A program made the position numbers and the translations under genes. From NCBI GenBank assembly GCA_015228785.1, contig JADGCU010000006.1:1-51525 (forward strand): DNA of 51,525 bases, given 5' to 3'. The stretch comes from Candidatus Omnitrophota bacterium. GTDB taxonomy: Bacteria; Omnitrophota; Gorgyraeia; Zapsychrales; Fredricksoniimonadaceae. The notes under the pieces were generated by a model that saw only the letters and a program-made list of their open reading frames with translations, was not told the DNA's origin and made no database searches. Shown in pieces: positions 9,558 through 19,577 of the stretch (its first letter is position 1; each line of letters begins with the position of its first letter).

Positions 9558-10817
9558 TTAGCGCTTTATAACCCCATAATTAAATTCTACGCCTTCAAAA
9601 AAGTTATAAGGAAGCCGCTCAATCCTCCCAACAACCCTACGCTTACCTTTATTCTGGCCTTGCGTGCGAAAATCAGCATACCATTCCCACACAACTTCAC
9701 CGGAATCCATCACTTCAAACGCGCGCCCTTTGTTGCTCTCGTTGATTAAGGTGTTACCATTAGGAAGTCTCTGAACACTCCCTCTTTCGGCAGTAAAGAA
9801 CTCCTGCCCGGGTTTTTGGCCGTATTGCCATACGATTTGCTTAGACCTAATATCAACAACAATGACTCGCGAAAAATGCTTACTTACGCCGTTATCAAAC
9901 AATAAAATCTTCCCCCCTTTCAAGAACGAGGCATCATGAGGATGACTAATGATGTTCTCTCCCCATTGCCAAATAATCTCCTCTTTGACAGGATCAACAA
10001 CAATAATTCTATTAAGATTTCTGACAGTAACAAGCCAGGCTCCCTTCTTTAAAACACCAGGGATATCCCATTCAAGCCTAACAATGGTATTGCTATGAAA
10101 AAAGTCAAAAATAGGCCTCTTGGCCTTGTCTTGAGATGATTTCCTTTGGTAATCCTTTAGATAATCATGCGCTTCTTTGAGCTTTTCTTGATAACCTCCA
10201 TCTTCTCTAAAGAGTTTACTTAACGAAATCATCTTCAAAATTGCGCCCTCGGAAGAAACCCAAACCAGGGAATTATCATAAGCTTTAAAGCGTAGACCTT
10301 GAGACCGAATGCGAATCGTATTAGAAGTAAGACCAAGAAATCCTCCCTCTTTCAGCCAATAGGCAGCATGATGCGCCGAATGCCTGGGTATATCATATGT
10401 AATAATACTATGAGAATTCGCATCAACAAGTTCCCAACCAACCGGCCTCTGTTCATTAGTTAAAAATATTGACCCGTCAGGAAAAGGTATCGCCTGTTTC
10501 CACCTAAGAGTGCTATCTTGTGGATTTCTTACCCATCGATGAACAAGCCTACCATCCATATCAATTAAATTAGCAAAAACATCCAAGCCCTCATATGACG
10601 TATAAATACTATACCCAGAAAACGCCTTATCTTTCTTATAAATCGTTGTTCCTGCTTTTTCTGGCGAATTTTCTATTGCTACATGTCCAAGATAAGGCAA
10701 TGAAACCAAAGACTCCGTTGGGTTTAAAATGGATTCTGAAGCGCACCAAGACGGACCGCTGAACAATATAGTCGATGACAAGACAAGCGAAATAAATAAT
10801 GATATCCGCAGGCGCAT
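9558..10817 (-). CDS. Secreted arylsulfotransferase (ASST-like), paralog 3
   Basis: DFFHSNTI, HPHDAS, LLFDNG, GSVQRLPNGNTLI and a signal peptide. ATG at 10817 chosen; the ORF track extends to a TTG at 10841. Confidence 0.8.
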   Translation of the reverse strand: MRLRISLFISLVLSSTILFSGPSWCASESILNPTESLVSLPYLGHVAIENSPEKAGTTIYKKDKAFSGYSIYTSYEGLDVFANLIDMDGRLVHRWVRNPQDSTLRWKQAIPFPDGSIFLTNEQRPVGWELVDANSHSIITYDIPRHSAHHAAYWLKEGGFLGLTSNTIRIRSQGLRFKAYDNSLVWVSSEGAILKMISLSKLFREDGGYQEKLKEAHDYLKDYQRKSSQDKAKRPIFDFFHSNTIVRLEWDIPGVLKKGAWLVTVRNLNRIIVVDPVKEEIIWQWGENIISHPHDASFLKGGKILLFDNGVSKHFSRVIVVDIRSKQIVWQYGQKPGQEFFTAERGSVQRLPNGNTLINESNKGRAFEVMDSGEVVWEWYADFRTQGQNKGKRRVVGRIERLPYNFFEGVEFNYGVIKR

Positions 10818-10974
10818 AAAGATATAAATTATTGATGACAAGTTATTAATAACCTTTAGCCTTAAATGCTGATCATCCTTAGGCTCTTACGGATTGCCCC
10901 ACTGCACCCGCCGATAAGATCGTTGATCCTCAAGAAGTCAGGAAAAAGAACCGTCCAGGTCCAAAATCTGGTTA

Positions 10975-12357
10975 TCAATCTCTTGCGCTGTATTCTCGAA
11001 ACTGGCGCGCACGATCCCCCCATATCCTAGAGGGATCCACCCCAAGGAGCTGAGAGGCGAGTTCCAACCCCTGAGAAATAGAGTGATCGATATTACAATG
11101 AAGAAACATGCCCCTACGACCAACAGAATAAATCCCTCGTACCGCGTTGATCCTAGAGTATAAACAATCAAAACGTTCTTTCCAATTAAGATCATAAAGC
11201 GGATAGGCCTTTTCTAAACAAATTGAGAACGATCGGATGACTTCAGGCGTATCTTTATAAATCCCTGTAACAAGAAGGTCTTCCAACGCGATCTGAAGAA
11301 GCTCATCATCCCGCTTCAACCACGTTGGATCACCTAGTGAACAAGGAAACTCTATCGTTAATAACACCCCTTCCAAAGACGGATTCAAATCCGGCGAAAA
11401 CTTCTGGATAAGTGAAACCCTTCCCAAACGAACCTTGCGTTCAGGAAAATAAAATGTGTCGTTCCCGAGAGAAGGAACCTGCTTAAGATGCACATAAAGA
11501 ACCCTCAGCCCTCTCCACTTCAACGATTCCGAAGCATCCTGCGGTCCAAACAAGCACTCCTGCAATGCGTCTACAGGGATCGTTGAAATAACCTGTGACG
11601 CCTCAATCTGGTTTGATTTCCCCTGGGGATCTTCGTAAACAACAGAAGAGACCTGAGAATCCTTATCAAAATTCACCTGCGTAACCCTGCATCCTTTCAA
11701 AATCCTGCCTTGGCTCTGAACTATCTCCTGCTCGAATCTTTTCGCAATCTCCCCAATGCCATGACGAGGGTAGAAGAAGTACCGGTCCATTCCCAAAACA
11801 GACTTCCTGATCGCCTTCCAATTGAACGCAAGGCTTCGCCGACGCATCCCCTCAGCCGAGATCCCGGCTGGATCCATTCCCCACAATTTCCACGCAAAAT
11901 CCTCATAAAGGTCTGTATAAATCCTTTGCCCAACGAACGCACACATAGCCTGCTTATAGGAATCTACGGGCCACTTCTGAAGCCGGATGAGATTAGCCAA
12001 ATAACTTAAACCATAAATCAAACTTTTACGAATAGAGATTGCTCGAATAAAATCAAGAATTATTACAGGGTAACGGAGGAATTTACCTTGTAAATATAAC
12101 GCCCCCCTGCGAGGTCGTTTCAGAAGTTCAATGCCCAAATCACTCCTCAAATAGCGCAGGACGCCAACATCTGTATCGGGATGTATACGATGCGACCCAA
12201 GATCAAAGGATATTCCGTCTTTCGTAAGCGTAGCCGCAAGCCCCCCCACATAGGACTCTTTTTCTAGGATCACCACAGAATAACCTTGAGCACGGGACAA
12301 TTCCCTGGCAACTGTTAGCCCCGTCAACCCTGCTCCTAAAACAACAATGTTCTTCAC
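10975..12357 (-). CDS. FAD-dependent oxidoreductase (protoporphyrinogen oxidase / UGM-like)
   Basis: GAGLTG, EK...VGGLA, FDLGSHRI, YPRHGIG, ISTIP, AYP and VGRRGMF...N.DHS. Confidence 0.8.
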   Translation of the reverse strand: MKNIVVLGAGLTGLTVARELSRAQGYSVVILEKESYVGGLAATLTKDGISFDLGSHRIHPDTDVGVLRYLRSDLGIELLKRPRRGALYLQGKFLRYPVIILDFIRAISIRKSLIYGLSYLANLIRLQKWPVDSYKQAMCAFVGQRIYTDLYEDFAWKLWGMDPAGISAEGMRRRSLAFNWKAIRKSVLGMDRYFFYPRHGIGEIAKRFEQEIVQSQGRILKGCRVTQVNFDKDSQVSSVVYEDPQGKSNQIEASQVISTIPVDALQECLFGPQDASESLKWRGLRVLYVHLKQVPSLGNDTFYFPERKVRLGRVSLIQKFSPDLNPSLEGVLLTIEFPCSLGDPTWLKRDDELLQIALEDLLVTGIYKDTPEVIRSFSICLEKAYPLYDLNWKERFDCLYSRINAVRGIYSVGRRGMFLHCNIDHSISQGLELASQLLGVDPSRIWGDRARQFREYSARD

Positions 12358-12444
12358 GCTGCACCTTCTGTTATAAATTCTTAAAACCAGTAAACAATGT
12401 TTATTTAAATGATCCTTACCGTCTTTCTTAGAGCAAGCGACACC

Positions 12445-13977
12445 CTATTTATACTGTATCCTAAACATCTTAAAACGCTCTCTCAAGTTATCCATACAAA
12501 AAACCTTAAGAGCTGTCACAATCAAAAGAATAAAATACGGGAAAATATATACCTTTTGAATACCTCGATGATCTGACAAGAATTTACGACACCGAAACCG
12601 AAGTATCCGCGTAAAGAAATAAATCGATATTTTAAAATGCATTCTTAAACATGTCATCGTAGTTTCGCGGCTCATTCTTATAAGAGGACCCGCATAATTA
12701 CTCGGAACAGCCAAAATTTCTTCCTCGCTCTTTAGAAGATCGTGCGTTCTGCAAAACTCATATAAAGAAGTCTTCGGATATGGCCGAAAAAAGAAACAAG
12801 TTCCAGAATCCGGGGCAATAGACCTATTAAACTCATAGGTAGCCCGCATTTGAGCTTCTGTTTCAAATGGCAGCCCAATCATGTTCAATGTTGTGAGCTC
12901 GATGCCCGCATCTTTTATAAGCTGACATTTCTCAAGAATAAAGTCATTGGTGGGTGATCGTCCTAAGAATTCATTACGATATGCCTCATCTCCACTCTCG
13001 ATTCCTATTTGCACGCATAAACATCCGCTCTCTTTTAACGCCGATACAATCACTGGCGTAATGCACTCAGCTCTCCCATGAAGCACATAGGGTAATCCGA
13101 TCTCTTCTTTATACTGCGAAGCAAATGAAACAAACCACGACTCCTTGACTAACAGCAAATCGTCATCAAAACCAAAAGACTGATTTTCAGGATACTTTTG
13201 CTGCAACTGCTGAAGCATTCGAATGGCATATTCAACAGGCGGCAATTTGTAATAATAGCGCGAATGCGTAGCACCCTTCAGAGCCGCGTTACAACAATAC
13301 TTACAATCATACGGGCATCCCCGACTAATCATAACCGCAAAACGATTCTTAATATTAGTCTTCCCTACAATGAGCCTTCGCTCTATTTCAGTATTAATAA
13401 CTGAACAACGATCAAAAACAGAATAGTCAGGAAATTCTAATGTAGATAAATCACTAATCGGCTCTGGGATCCTGTTCTTGATGATTGCCTTACCATCTCG
13501 CCAGAAAAATCCTGGAGTAGTAATAATATCTTTCTTCAGACTAATACGTGTTAACAGCTCATCAAGAGGAAATTCCCCCTCTCCTATACAAACACCATGA
13601 AGGGCCGTCTTTCGTAAAGTTTCTTCAGGCTCTAAAGTTGGATGCACTCCTCCAGCAATCTGTAGCACTGCCAGATCCCTTGCGAGAGCATTAGAATATT
13701 TCTGAAGAAATGTAAACTGATTTGTATTGCTTGTGAACCCAATAATAGCTGGACCTTCCTTGAGCACCTTTTTCGTAAAATCATCCACAACCTCTGGATA
13801 ACGCATATGTATAAGGGAAATATTGAACCCGTGCCGCTTAATAATCGGGACCAGACTCGCCACCCCATGATGAGCCCCCTGAATTCTCACGCCAATATCG
13901 AAATGAACAAAAATAAATTTCTTATTCTTATTAATCGCTTCAAGGACTGAAGCATTAAAATGTGCTCTATCATTCAT
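12445..13977 (-). CDS. Cobalamin-binding radical SAM protein (class B methyltransferase-like)
   Basis: B12-binding region (GGVHPTL, GEGE), SRGCPYDCKYC, DDDL, GIESGD and MIGLPFET. Confidence 0.88.
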   Translation of the reverse strand: MNDRAHFNASVLEAINKNKKFIFVHFDIGVRIQGAHHGVASLVPIIKRHGFNISLIHMRYPEVVDDFTKKVLKEGPAIIGFTSNTNQFTFLQKYSNALARDLAVLQIAGGVHPTLEPEETLRKTALHGVCIGEGEFPLDELLTRISLKKDIITTPGFFWRDGKAIIKNRIPEPISDLSTLEFPDYSVFDRCSVINTEIERRLIVGKTNIKNRFAVMISRGCPYDCKYCCNAALKGATHSRYYYKLPPVEYAIRMLQQLQQKYPENQSFGFDDDLLLVKESWFVSFASQYKEEIGLPYVLHGRAECITPVIVSALKESGCLCVQIGIESGDEAYRNEFLGRSPTNDFILEKCQLIKDAGIELTTLNMIGLPFETEAQMRATYEFNRSIAPDSGTCFFFRPYPKTSLYEFCRTHDLLKSEEEILAVPSNYAGPLIRMSRETTMTCLRMHFKISIYFFTRILRFRCRKFLSDHRGIQKVYIFPYFILLIVTALKVFCMDNLRERFKMFRIQYK

Positions 13978-14155
13978 AACCTTTGAAAACTCCTACCGAT
14001 TCACGCACCCCACAGCCATCGCAACATTCAAACCGCAATCACTATCGCGATATTGTTCCAATCCCGATCCGATCGTCCCTGATAACAATCATAAAGGCCG
14101 TCGCAAGAATTTACTCTCTCCCAAAACGCCTCTGATAAATCTTAAAAGAATCGGC

Positions 14156-15391
14156 CTATGACTTAACTTGCTTTTTCCCGTAACGTCGCCTTAGTACTGC
14201 CCAGTGAAAAATAAAATACAACACTCTCTGCCGCCAAATCTTTATTTTATTCGGAATCTTATCGGGAAAAGTGCTCGCAAGGGTGCCCGCTCTTTCATCG
14301 TAACGAAATCCGTTAATTGTTATAAACGGAATCCGTCTTATAACATCGAGCGTCTCTTCAAAATCCTCTTGAGTTTCTCCAGGAAAACCCACAATTACAT
14401 CTGTTCTAAGGGCGATATTCCGATCTTTGGATAAAACACCATTCGCAAGCGCCATGAAATTCATTTTTGTATACCGCCGATTCATCCTCTCTAGAATTCG
14501 ATCACTCCCAGATTGTAAAACGAGATGTATGGATTTGATCCTGCCAGGGATTATACATTCAAGAAATAAATCCATATGATCAACGCAATACATCGGATTC
14601 AGATTAAATAGCGTTAAGCTGAATTTTCCTCCCAAAGAAAAAATATCTCTTAACAACGCAATAAAATCCATTTCACGATCCAGTCCATAGGATGAGAGGT
14701 CATCGGCCACTAACACAAAATGATCGTAACCTTTCTCCAAAGCCGCATTAATTTCTTGAACAATATCGGCCCCGTTCCGGCTCTGGACGAGCGGCCCTTT
14801 GGCCAGCTTAGTTGAACAATAACTGCAATTATGAATACAGCCGACAGCGCACCTCACAAAATAAGTATGCGGGGAATACGCATATGTTGTATTGAGAAAG
14901 TTCTCGAACGTCATCGCAATAGGCACCCCGATCCTCTTTAAGAGCCCAGTTATATGCGTTAAAAAAGATCGCTTCAACCGCCACAACCTCACCATCGGAT
15001 GATAGAATTCCATCTTGGCCATATTACGCATCATGACCTGATCCCGTCTTTGCGGAAATTTGAATTCTTTCTCGAGAAGATGGATTTCCTGGGGAGAAAA
15101 TACGAAACAACCATATCGTTTTTGAATACTATCTTTCAAATCTTCCGGGCAACATCCACCTAACACGACCTTCACGCCAAGATCAGATGCCTCTTTAAGC
15201 CTTGTGAAAGCCTCTCGAACCCGATTCTCGCTCACATTACACATGCATATAATCACAACGGAAGCCTTGTCCATCTTATCAACAAGCGCATACCCGTTAT
15301 TGAGAAACACGCGTGCATAATCATCCGCATCCAATGACGACGGATAACACCCAGGTTCGATTTTCCGAATATACACATTTTTATTTTGCAT
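14156..15391 (-). CDS. MiaB/RimO-like methylthiotransferase-family radical SAM protein lacking a TRAM domain
   Basis: N-terminal MTTase cysteines (PGC, CMC, GGC), GCIHNCSYC, QSGSDRILERMNR, IVGFPGET.EDF. The protein ends shortly after the barrel. Confidence 0.8.
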   Translation of the reverse strand: MQNKNVYIRKIEPGCYPSSLDADDYARVFLNNGYALVDKMDKASVVIICMCNVSENRVREAFTRLKEASDLGVKVVLGGCCPEDLKDSIQKRYGCFVFSPQEIHLLEKEFKFPQRRDQVMMRNMAKMEFYHPMVRLWRLKRSFLTHITGLLKRIGVPIAMTFENFLNTTYAYSPHTYFVRCAVGCIHNCSYCSTKLAKGPLVQSRNGADIVQEINAALEKGYDHFVLVADDLSSYGLDREMDFIALLRDIFSLGGKFSLTLFNLNPMYCVDHMDLFLECIIPGRIKSIHLVLQSGSDRILERMNRRYTKMNFMALANGVLSKDRNIALRTDVIVGFPGETQEDFEETLDVIRRIPFITINGFRYDERAGTLASTFPDKIPNKIKIWRQRVLYFIFHWAVLRRRYGKKQVKS

Positions 15392-15407
15392 ACATCAACA
15401 TCCTTCA

Positions 15408-16334
15408 TCAGGGCATTGCTGCCTCGGTCCCTTTTTCTAGAAAGAAATTCAATATTCTATCCGCCTTACATATTTTTACAATGGTGCCAAAATCCAGAGG
15501 CCGCATTACCTTTTCATTTTCGTCAATATAATTTATATAGAACCCATATGCTCTCAACTGATCCAATAATAAAACGGGGTCAGATCCGACATTTTTGCAG
15601 CCCAAAGGCCAAAATTCCATAAATATCTTTACACTCGATTTGCAATTCCTCAAAAAAGAGTCCGCTCCCTCGACTACTAATGCCTCTGCGCCTTCAGTAT
15701 CAATCTTAACAATATCAATTTTTTTAGGATCCTTTATCACCTCAGCGATATAGGCATCCAAAGAAATACATTGCACATCAATATATTTTAAATTCCTGCG
15801 AAAGAACCCTTGTGAAAAAAAGGAGACATTTCTGTTAGAGAGTGAGGTAATACATAAATCATCATCATCTATAAACAATTTGCAGCTCCCATTCTTATCC
15901 GAAAGCGCCTTAGGGATCGGGACAATATTCACACTCTTATTTTCATTTATGTTCTTAACAAGATAACTAAAATTCTGTGGTTCAGGCTCAAACGCGTAAA
16001 CCATTCCATTTTCACCAACCAATCTGGATGCTATCAATGAATAATAGCCAATATTCGCACCAATATCTATTACAGTCATACCCGGGCACAGAGTCCTTTT
16101 AAATAATTCCGTCTCATAAGGCTCATAAACGCCATTAATATAAACACTGCGGCTCAGGTCATCATCCCTGAGAGGAATAAATATTCGGCTATCCTGACAC
16201 AAAACAGGCGAACCTCGCCCTGGTTTTAATATCCTGAAAATCACTCTAGCAAAAGCAACAACTCCCGGAATTCGACCGATAGAAAATTTTTGAAATATAT
16301 TGACGATGATCTTGAAGAACTCAACAATTTTCAA
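15408..16334 (-). CDS. FkbM-family SAM-dependent methyltransferase
   Basis: YEPYE, IDIGANIGYYS, VYAFEP and KIDTEGAE. Confidence 0.92.
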   Translation of the reverse strand: MKIVEFFKIIVNIFQKFSIGRIPGVVAFARVIFRILKPGRGSPVLCQDSRIFIPLRDDDLSRSVYINGVYEPYETELFKRTLCPGMTVIDIGANIGYYSLIASRLVGENGMVYAFEPEPQNFSYLVKNINENKSVNIVPIPKALSDKNGSCKLFIDDDDLCITSLSNRNVSFFSQGFFRRNLKYIDVQCISLDAYIAEVIKDPKKIDIVKIDTEGAEALVVEGADSFLRNCKSSVKIFMEFWPLGCKNVGSDPVLLLDQLRAYGFYINYIDENEKVMRPLDFGTIVKICKADRILNFFLEKGTEAAMP

Positions 16335-16344
16335 TGATAACCTT

Positions 16345-17391
16345 TCATAAAGCCGGAGGCAAGCGGTTATAAGACAATCGGAGTTTCCGAAAGAAACTTT
16401 CCCCTATTTGATTCCAGTCATAGTTCGCTTTAATAAATCGTTCTCCTGCCTCTTCTCGGCCATCACTTTGCCGTAGAACCTGTAAAATTCTATCCGCATA
16501 CTCCGCAACAGATGATGAACACTGATACGTATATTTCTTGAACCTTACAAACTCTCCGTAGTCATTGCAAACCACCTTCTTTCTCATAGCCAAATACTCT
16601 CTAACTTTCATTGAAGCTCTGAAAAGATTGACTTTCTTTAATTCATAATAGGCCAAACAAATATCTGCCTTTGCCATCTCTGCGACTATCGCCTCTTTAG
16701 ATAATGAACCAATAAATATGGCATTAACTCCGATTTCTTTTGCCAGCCGTTCAAAAAATTCTTTTTTAGGCCCGCCTCCAGCAATGATGAATGGAGCATG
16801 AATTTTATCTTGGACCAGCTTAACAGCCTTTAATATAGGAGATAGGTCCGCGGCTAAATTCAAATGAGCCATATAGAACAATGAATTCTTATCAAAAGCC
16901 TGGTTTTTATAAAAAAAGCTTCTTAAATCAACGCCTTGGTCCAATTTGTATAATTTCTCCTCATTAACACAAAGCACATTCACAATAAAATCCCTTAACA
17001 GATCATTGTGGTAAGTAATAATATCAAAGAATCGCGGCCCAATTCTCTGAAAGAACAAGATAACTTTAGAAGGAAATTCCGAGAAATATCCATGATCCAA
17101 ATCATCCACATCTACAACAATAAACTTGCGCTTTACATATTTAGCAAACAATAATGGTATCGTAATGTTCGGAAATGGCTTTACGCCTATAAAAACATCC
17201 GCATCAGATGCCAAAACATAAAAGAAATATGCAAACAATGAAAGAAAAACATCCAACATAAAGGGAAGCCCTTTTGGAAAAGGGACAACATAAACGACAT
17301 CACAGTGCTTCTTGAGAGAATCCGCCAAGTACGCAGCCCTCAACCAGCAGCCTGTATCACGCGGAAGAGCAGACAATATCATGACCTTCAT
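16345..17391 (-). CDS. Glycosyltransferase family 4 (GT-B)
   Basis: DVDD in the N-domain, GVDL..F, IAGGGP and SMKVREYLAM.K.VV. Confidence 0.8.
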   Translation of the reverse strand: MKVMILSALPRDTGCWLRAAYLADSLKKHCDVVYVVPFPKGLPFMLDVFLSLFAYFFYVLASDADVFIGVKPFPNITIPLLFAKYVKRKFIVVDVDDLDHGYFSEFPSKVILFFQRIGPRFFDIITYHNDLLRDFIVNVLCVNEEKLYKLDQGVDLRSFFYKNQAFDKNSLFYMAHLNLAADLSPILKAVKLVQDKIHAPFIIAGGGPKKEFFERLAKEIGVNAIFIGSLSKEAIVAEMAKADICLAYYELKKVNLFRASMKVREYLAMRKKVVCNDYGEFVRFKKYTYQCSSSVAEYADRILQVLRQSDGREEAGERFIKANYDWNQIGESFFRKLRLSYNRLPPAL

Positions 17392-18428
17392 AGGAACAAT
17401 CTCGGCCAGAAAGATTGGTTATACGTTAAATTCGTCATTTGAAAACACGAATGCGTACAAAAACATTCTCTCTTGCGAATATCGTCTCTTTGGTTGTTCG
17501 CATCTTTTGAATTCCATATGTTATAAAAAGATTCCTCACCCAGATTCCCGATCTTTGGCCGCAACTCACAAAAAGAAACATCCCCCTTATAATCAACAAC
17601 ACAATGAAATCGCCCAGCAAGACAAGGAAATGGCTGCGTTCTTGTCTCCAGAATCTTCATATATGCTTCATAAAGAATTACCCTCGCTTTAAATGCGATC
17701 CTCCGGTCCACAGTACTGCGAGAATGAGAATAGTCTCTCCATATCTTGAAAAGAGTTGGCTTTATTTCCTTCAATTCTTCCAGCCCCAAGAAAAGACTTT
17801 CGTGATGGCCACAGCCCCTAAGTATTTCAAAATCATGAAAATCTAATAACGGCATTCTACGTATTAATTCACTATGCAACAATTGCAAAGAATCATAATT
17901 ATGCCTAGTAAGTACCGTATTGACCCGGATACCAAGACAGGGATACGATTTCTTCAAAGGAGCTATTCGCTCATAGGTTTCTATGACTTTATCAAAACAC
18001 CGACTTCCTCGCATTTTATCGTGTATTATGCGAGGGCCATCAATGGAAAGAATAATACTCACATGTTTAATCCTCCCATATTCAAGTATTTTTCTAACAT
18101 TCGAAACAATCTGTTCCGTCAAAGTTCCATTTGTGGGAATTGAGAAAATATTGATTCTGTTGTTCAGGACAAATAACTTATAAATTTCAAATATGTCTTC
18201 CCTTAAAAATGGCTCCCCCCCAGACAAGTCTACCTCTGATAACCTCCCCAGCTGTTGCGATATATTACTGATCTGCTGAAGAGTGAGGTCAGGTGACTTA
18301 GAGAATAATTCGTTCTTAACAAAACAATGTTTACAAAATAAATTACATTTACTGGTAACAAATAAAATCAAATATCTCGGTTTTCTGTAGAAATCTTTTA
18401 GGAAAGATTCTTTAATCTTAGTCAACAT
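17388..18428 (-). CDS. Radical SAM protein with SPASM/Twitch domain
   Basis: CNLFCKHC, SGGEPFLR, PTNG, SIDG, CLAG...GDVSFCE and C-terminal CFCTHSC. The ATG at 18428 follows a GGGGAGGGGG SD. Confidence 0.88.
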   Translation of the reverse strand: MLTKIKESFLKDFYRKPRYLILFVTSKCNLFCKHCFVKNELFSKSPDLTLQQISNISQQLGRLSEVDLSGGEPFLREDIFEIYKLFVLNNRINIFSIPTNGTLTEQIVSNVRKILEYGRIKHVSIILSIDGPRIIHDKMRGSRCFDKVIETYERIAPLKKSYPCLGIRVNTVLTRHNYDSLQLLHSELIRRMPLLDFHDFEILRGCGHHESLFLGLEELKEIKPTLFKIWRDYSHSRSTVDRRIAFKARVILYEAYMKILETRTQPFPCLAGRFHCVVDYKGDVSFCELRPKIGNLGEESFYNIWNSKDANNQRDDIRKRECFCTHSCFQMTNLTYNQSFWPRLFL

Positions 18429-18548
18429 AAGAAGTCTAAATCCCCCTCCCCCGCATCTTTTCAACAAGAGTGGCCTCAAACCGGAGGGTTAATTAATTTT
18501 AGGTTCAATGCTTACATTAATTCGGCAACAATATATCTACAGCATAAA

Positions 18549-19577
18549 TCAAGCTGAGTTTTGACTGTGCCATTTCTTGAAATCTTGGACCTTAAACCAC
18601 TCTGCACCGAAATACTCAATGGCATATTGAGCATTATGATCTTCCGCTACCGGCATTCCCTTCAAAAGAAACATCTTTCTTTTTGAAGCATGGGCCTCCA
18701 AAACTGTTGAAATTCCTGGTTTCGTGATAATACTCCCACATGCTTTTAAAAGATGCGCCAGTGACCCCACGACTCCATACACCTTACAAGCCATATGATC
18801 TTTATAATTTTCTAATATCTTCTTGCGAAGCTCTTCATTTTCTCCACAAACCACATGAATTTCTAAATCCGGCACTTCGTGCAATAATGATCTTAAGATA
18901 TTCAGAATGGGCCCTTGCCCCCAGAACCCACATACAAGAAGAACTTTGTTTTTATCCCCAGGAATTCCTGCCAAGCCATAGTAATCTTTCCTTGCCGGGA
19001 GCACTATTGGCAGAAATTGTAGATTTTGTGAAAAAGGGAAATCCATCTCACTCTTTTCAATCGGTGACAAGAACCCTTCCATTTGCTCCCAAAAAATATA
19101 TTTCCACCCCAAACTTCTTCCATATTCGCCTAAAAGCCCCCAAAGATGAAACCCTAACTTTTCCTTGAACCTAAGACATGAAAACCAGAAAGCCGGTCGA
19201 TGGCTTATACAAATAACTGTCTTAATTCCACGCACTTCAAGGCAATGCCTTATCGGCGTAAGATCGCAAAGATTGAAATATTTCTCTCGAAGATACTTCC
19301 GATAATATATAAATGGAAATTTGTAAATTAAATAAAGCAACCACGGAAAGCGGCTGGATATTATTTTATACCTCTCGAGATCTTCATGGACAGACTTTTT
19401 AGCTTGAAAATCCTCAATAGCAACATGATGCGTCTCGATCTTTAGTCTCAATATTTCATAAAGAGCATCCCCCAAATAATACATCCCCCTGCCAACCTTT
19501 GTGCTGACAATCAACACAGGGCCTTCTAATCGCTCGTGCAAGTGTTCTAAGTTAAAGACTGGCTCTTTTTGCGTCAT
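18549..19577 (-). CDS. MGDG synthase / UgtP-like glycosyltransferase (GT28-like)
   Basis: STKVGRG, GFWGQG, VVCGENEEL, IITKPGIST.LEA and E..NA. Start moved to the ATG at 19577 to avoid a 260-nt overlap with the upstream gene. Confidence 0.7.
   Translation of the reverse strand: MTQKEPVFNLEHLHERLEGPVLIVSTKVGRGMYYLGDALYEILRLKIETHHVAIEDFQAKKSVHEDLERYKIISSRFPWLLYLIYKFPFIYYRKYLREKYFNLCDLTPIRHCLEVRGIKTVICISHRPAFWFSCLRFKEKLGFHLWGLLGEYGRSLGWKYIFWEQMEGFLSPIEKSEMDFPFSQNLQFLPIVLPARKDYYGLAGIPGDKNKVLLVCGFWGQGPILNILRSLLHEVPDLEIHVVCGENEELRKKILENYKDHMACKVYGVVGSLAHLLKACGSIITKPGISTVLEAHASKRKMFLLKGMPVAEDHNAQYAIEYFGAEWFKVQDFKKWHSQNSA

Noticed and set aside
10842-10974. GGCGGGTG in an intergenic gap of the glycan cluster as an ops/JUMPstart element
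   Set aside because: It does not match GGCGGTAG, and no nusG/rfaH paralog is in the window.
13993-14088. 31-aa minus-strand sORF with two Cys (MLSGTIGSGLEQYRDSDCGLNVAMAVGCVNR) between two radical SAM genes, considered as a RiPP precursor
   Set aside because: It has a TTG start without a properly spaced SD, no RRE/PqqD domain, peptidase or transporter is nearby, and the context is glycan-like.
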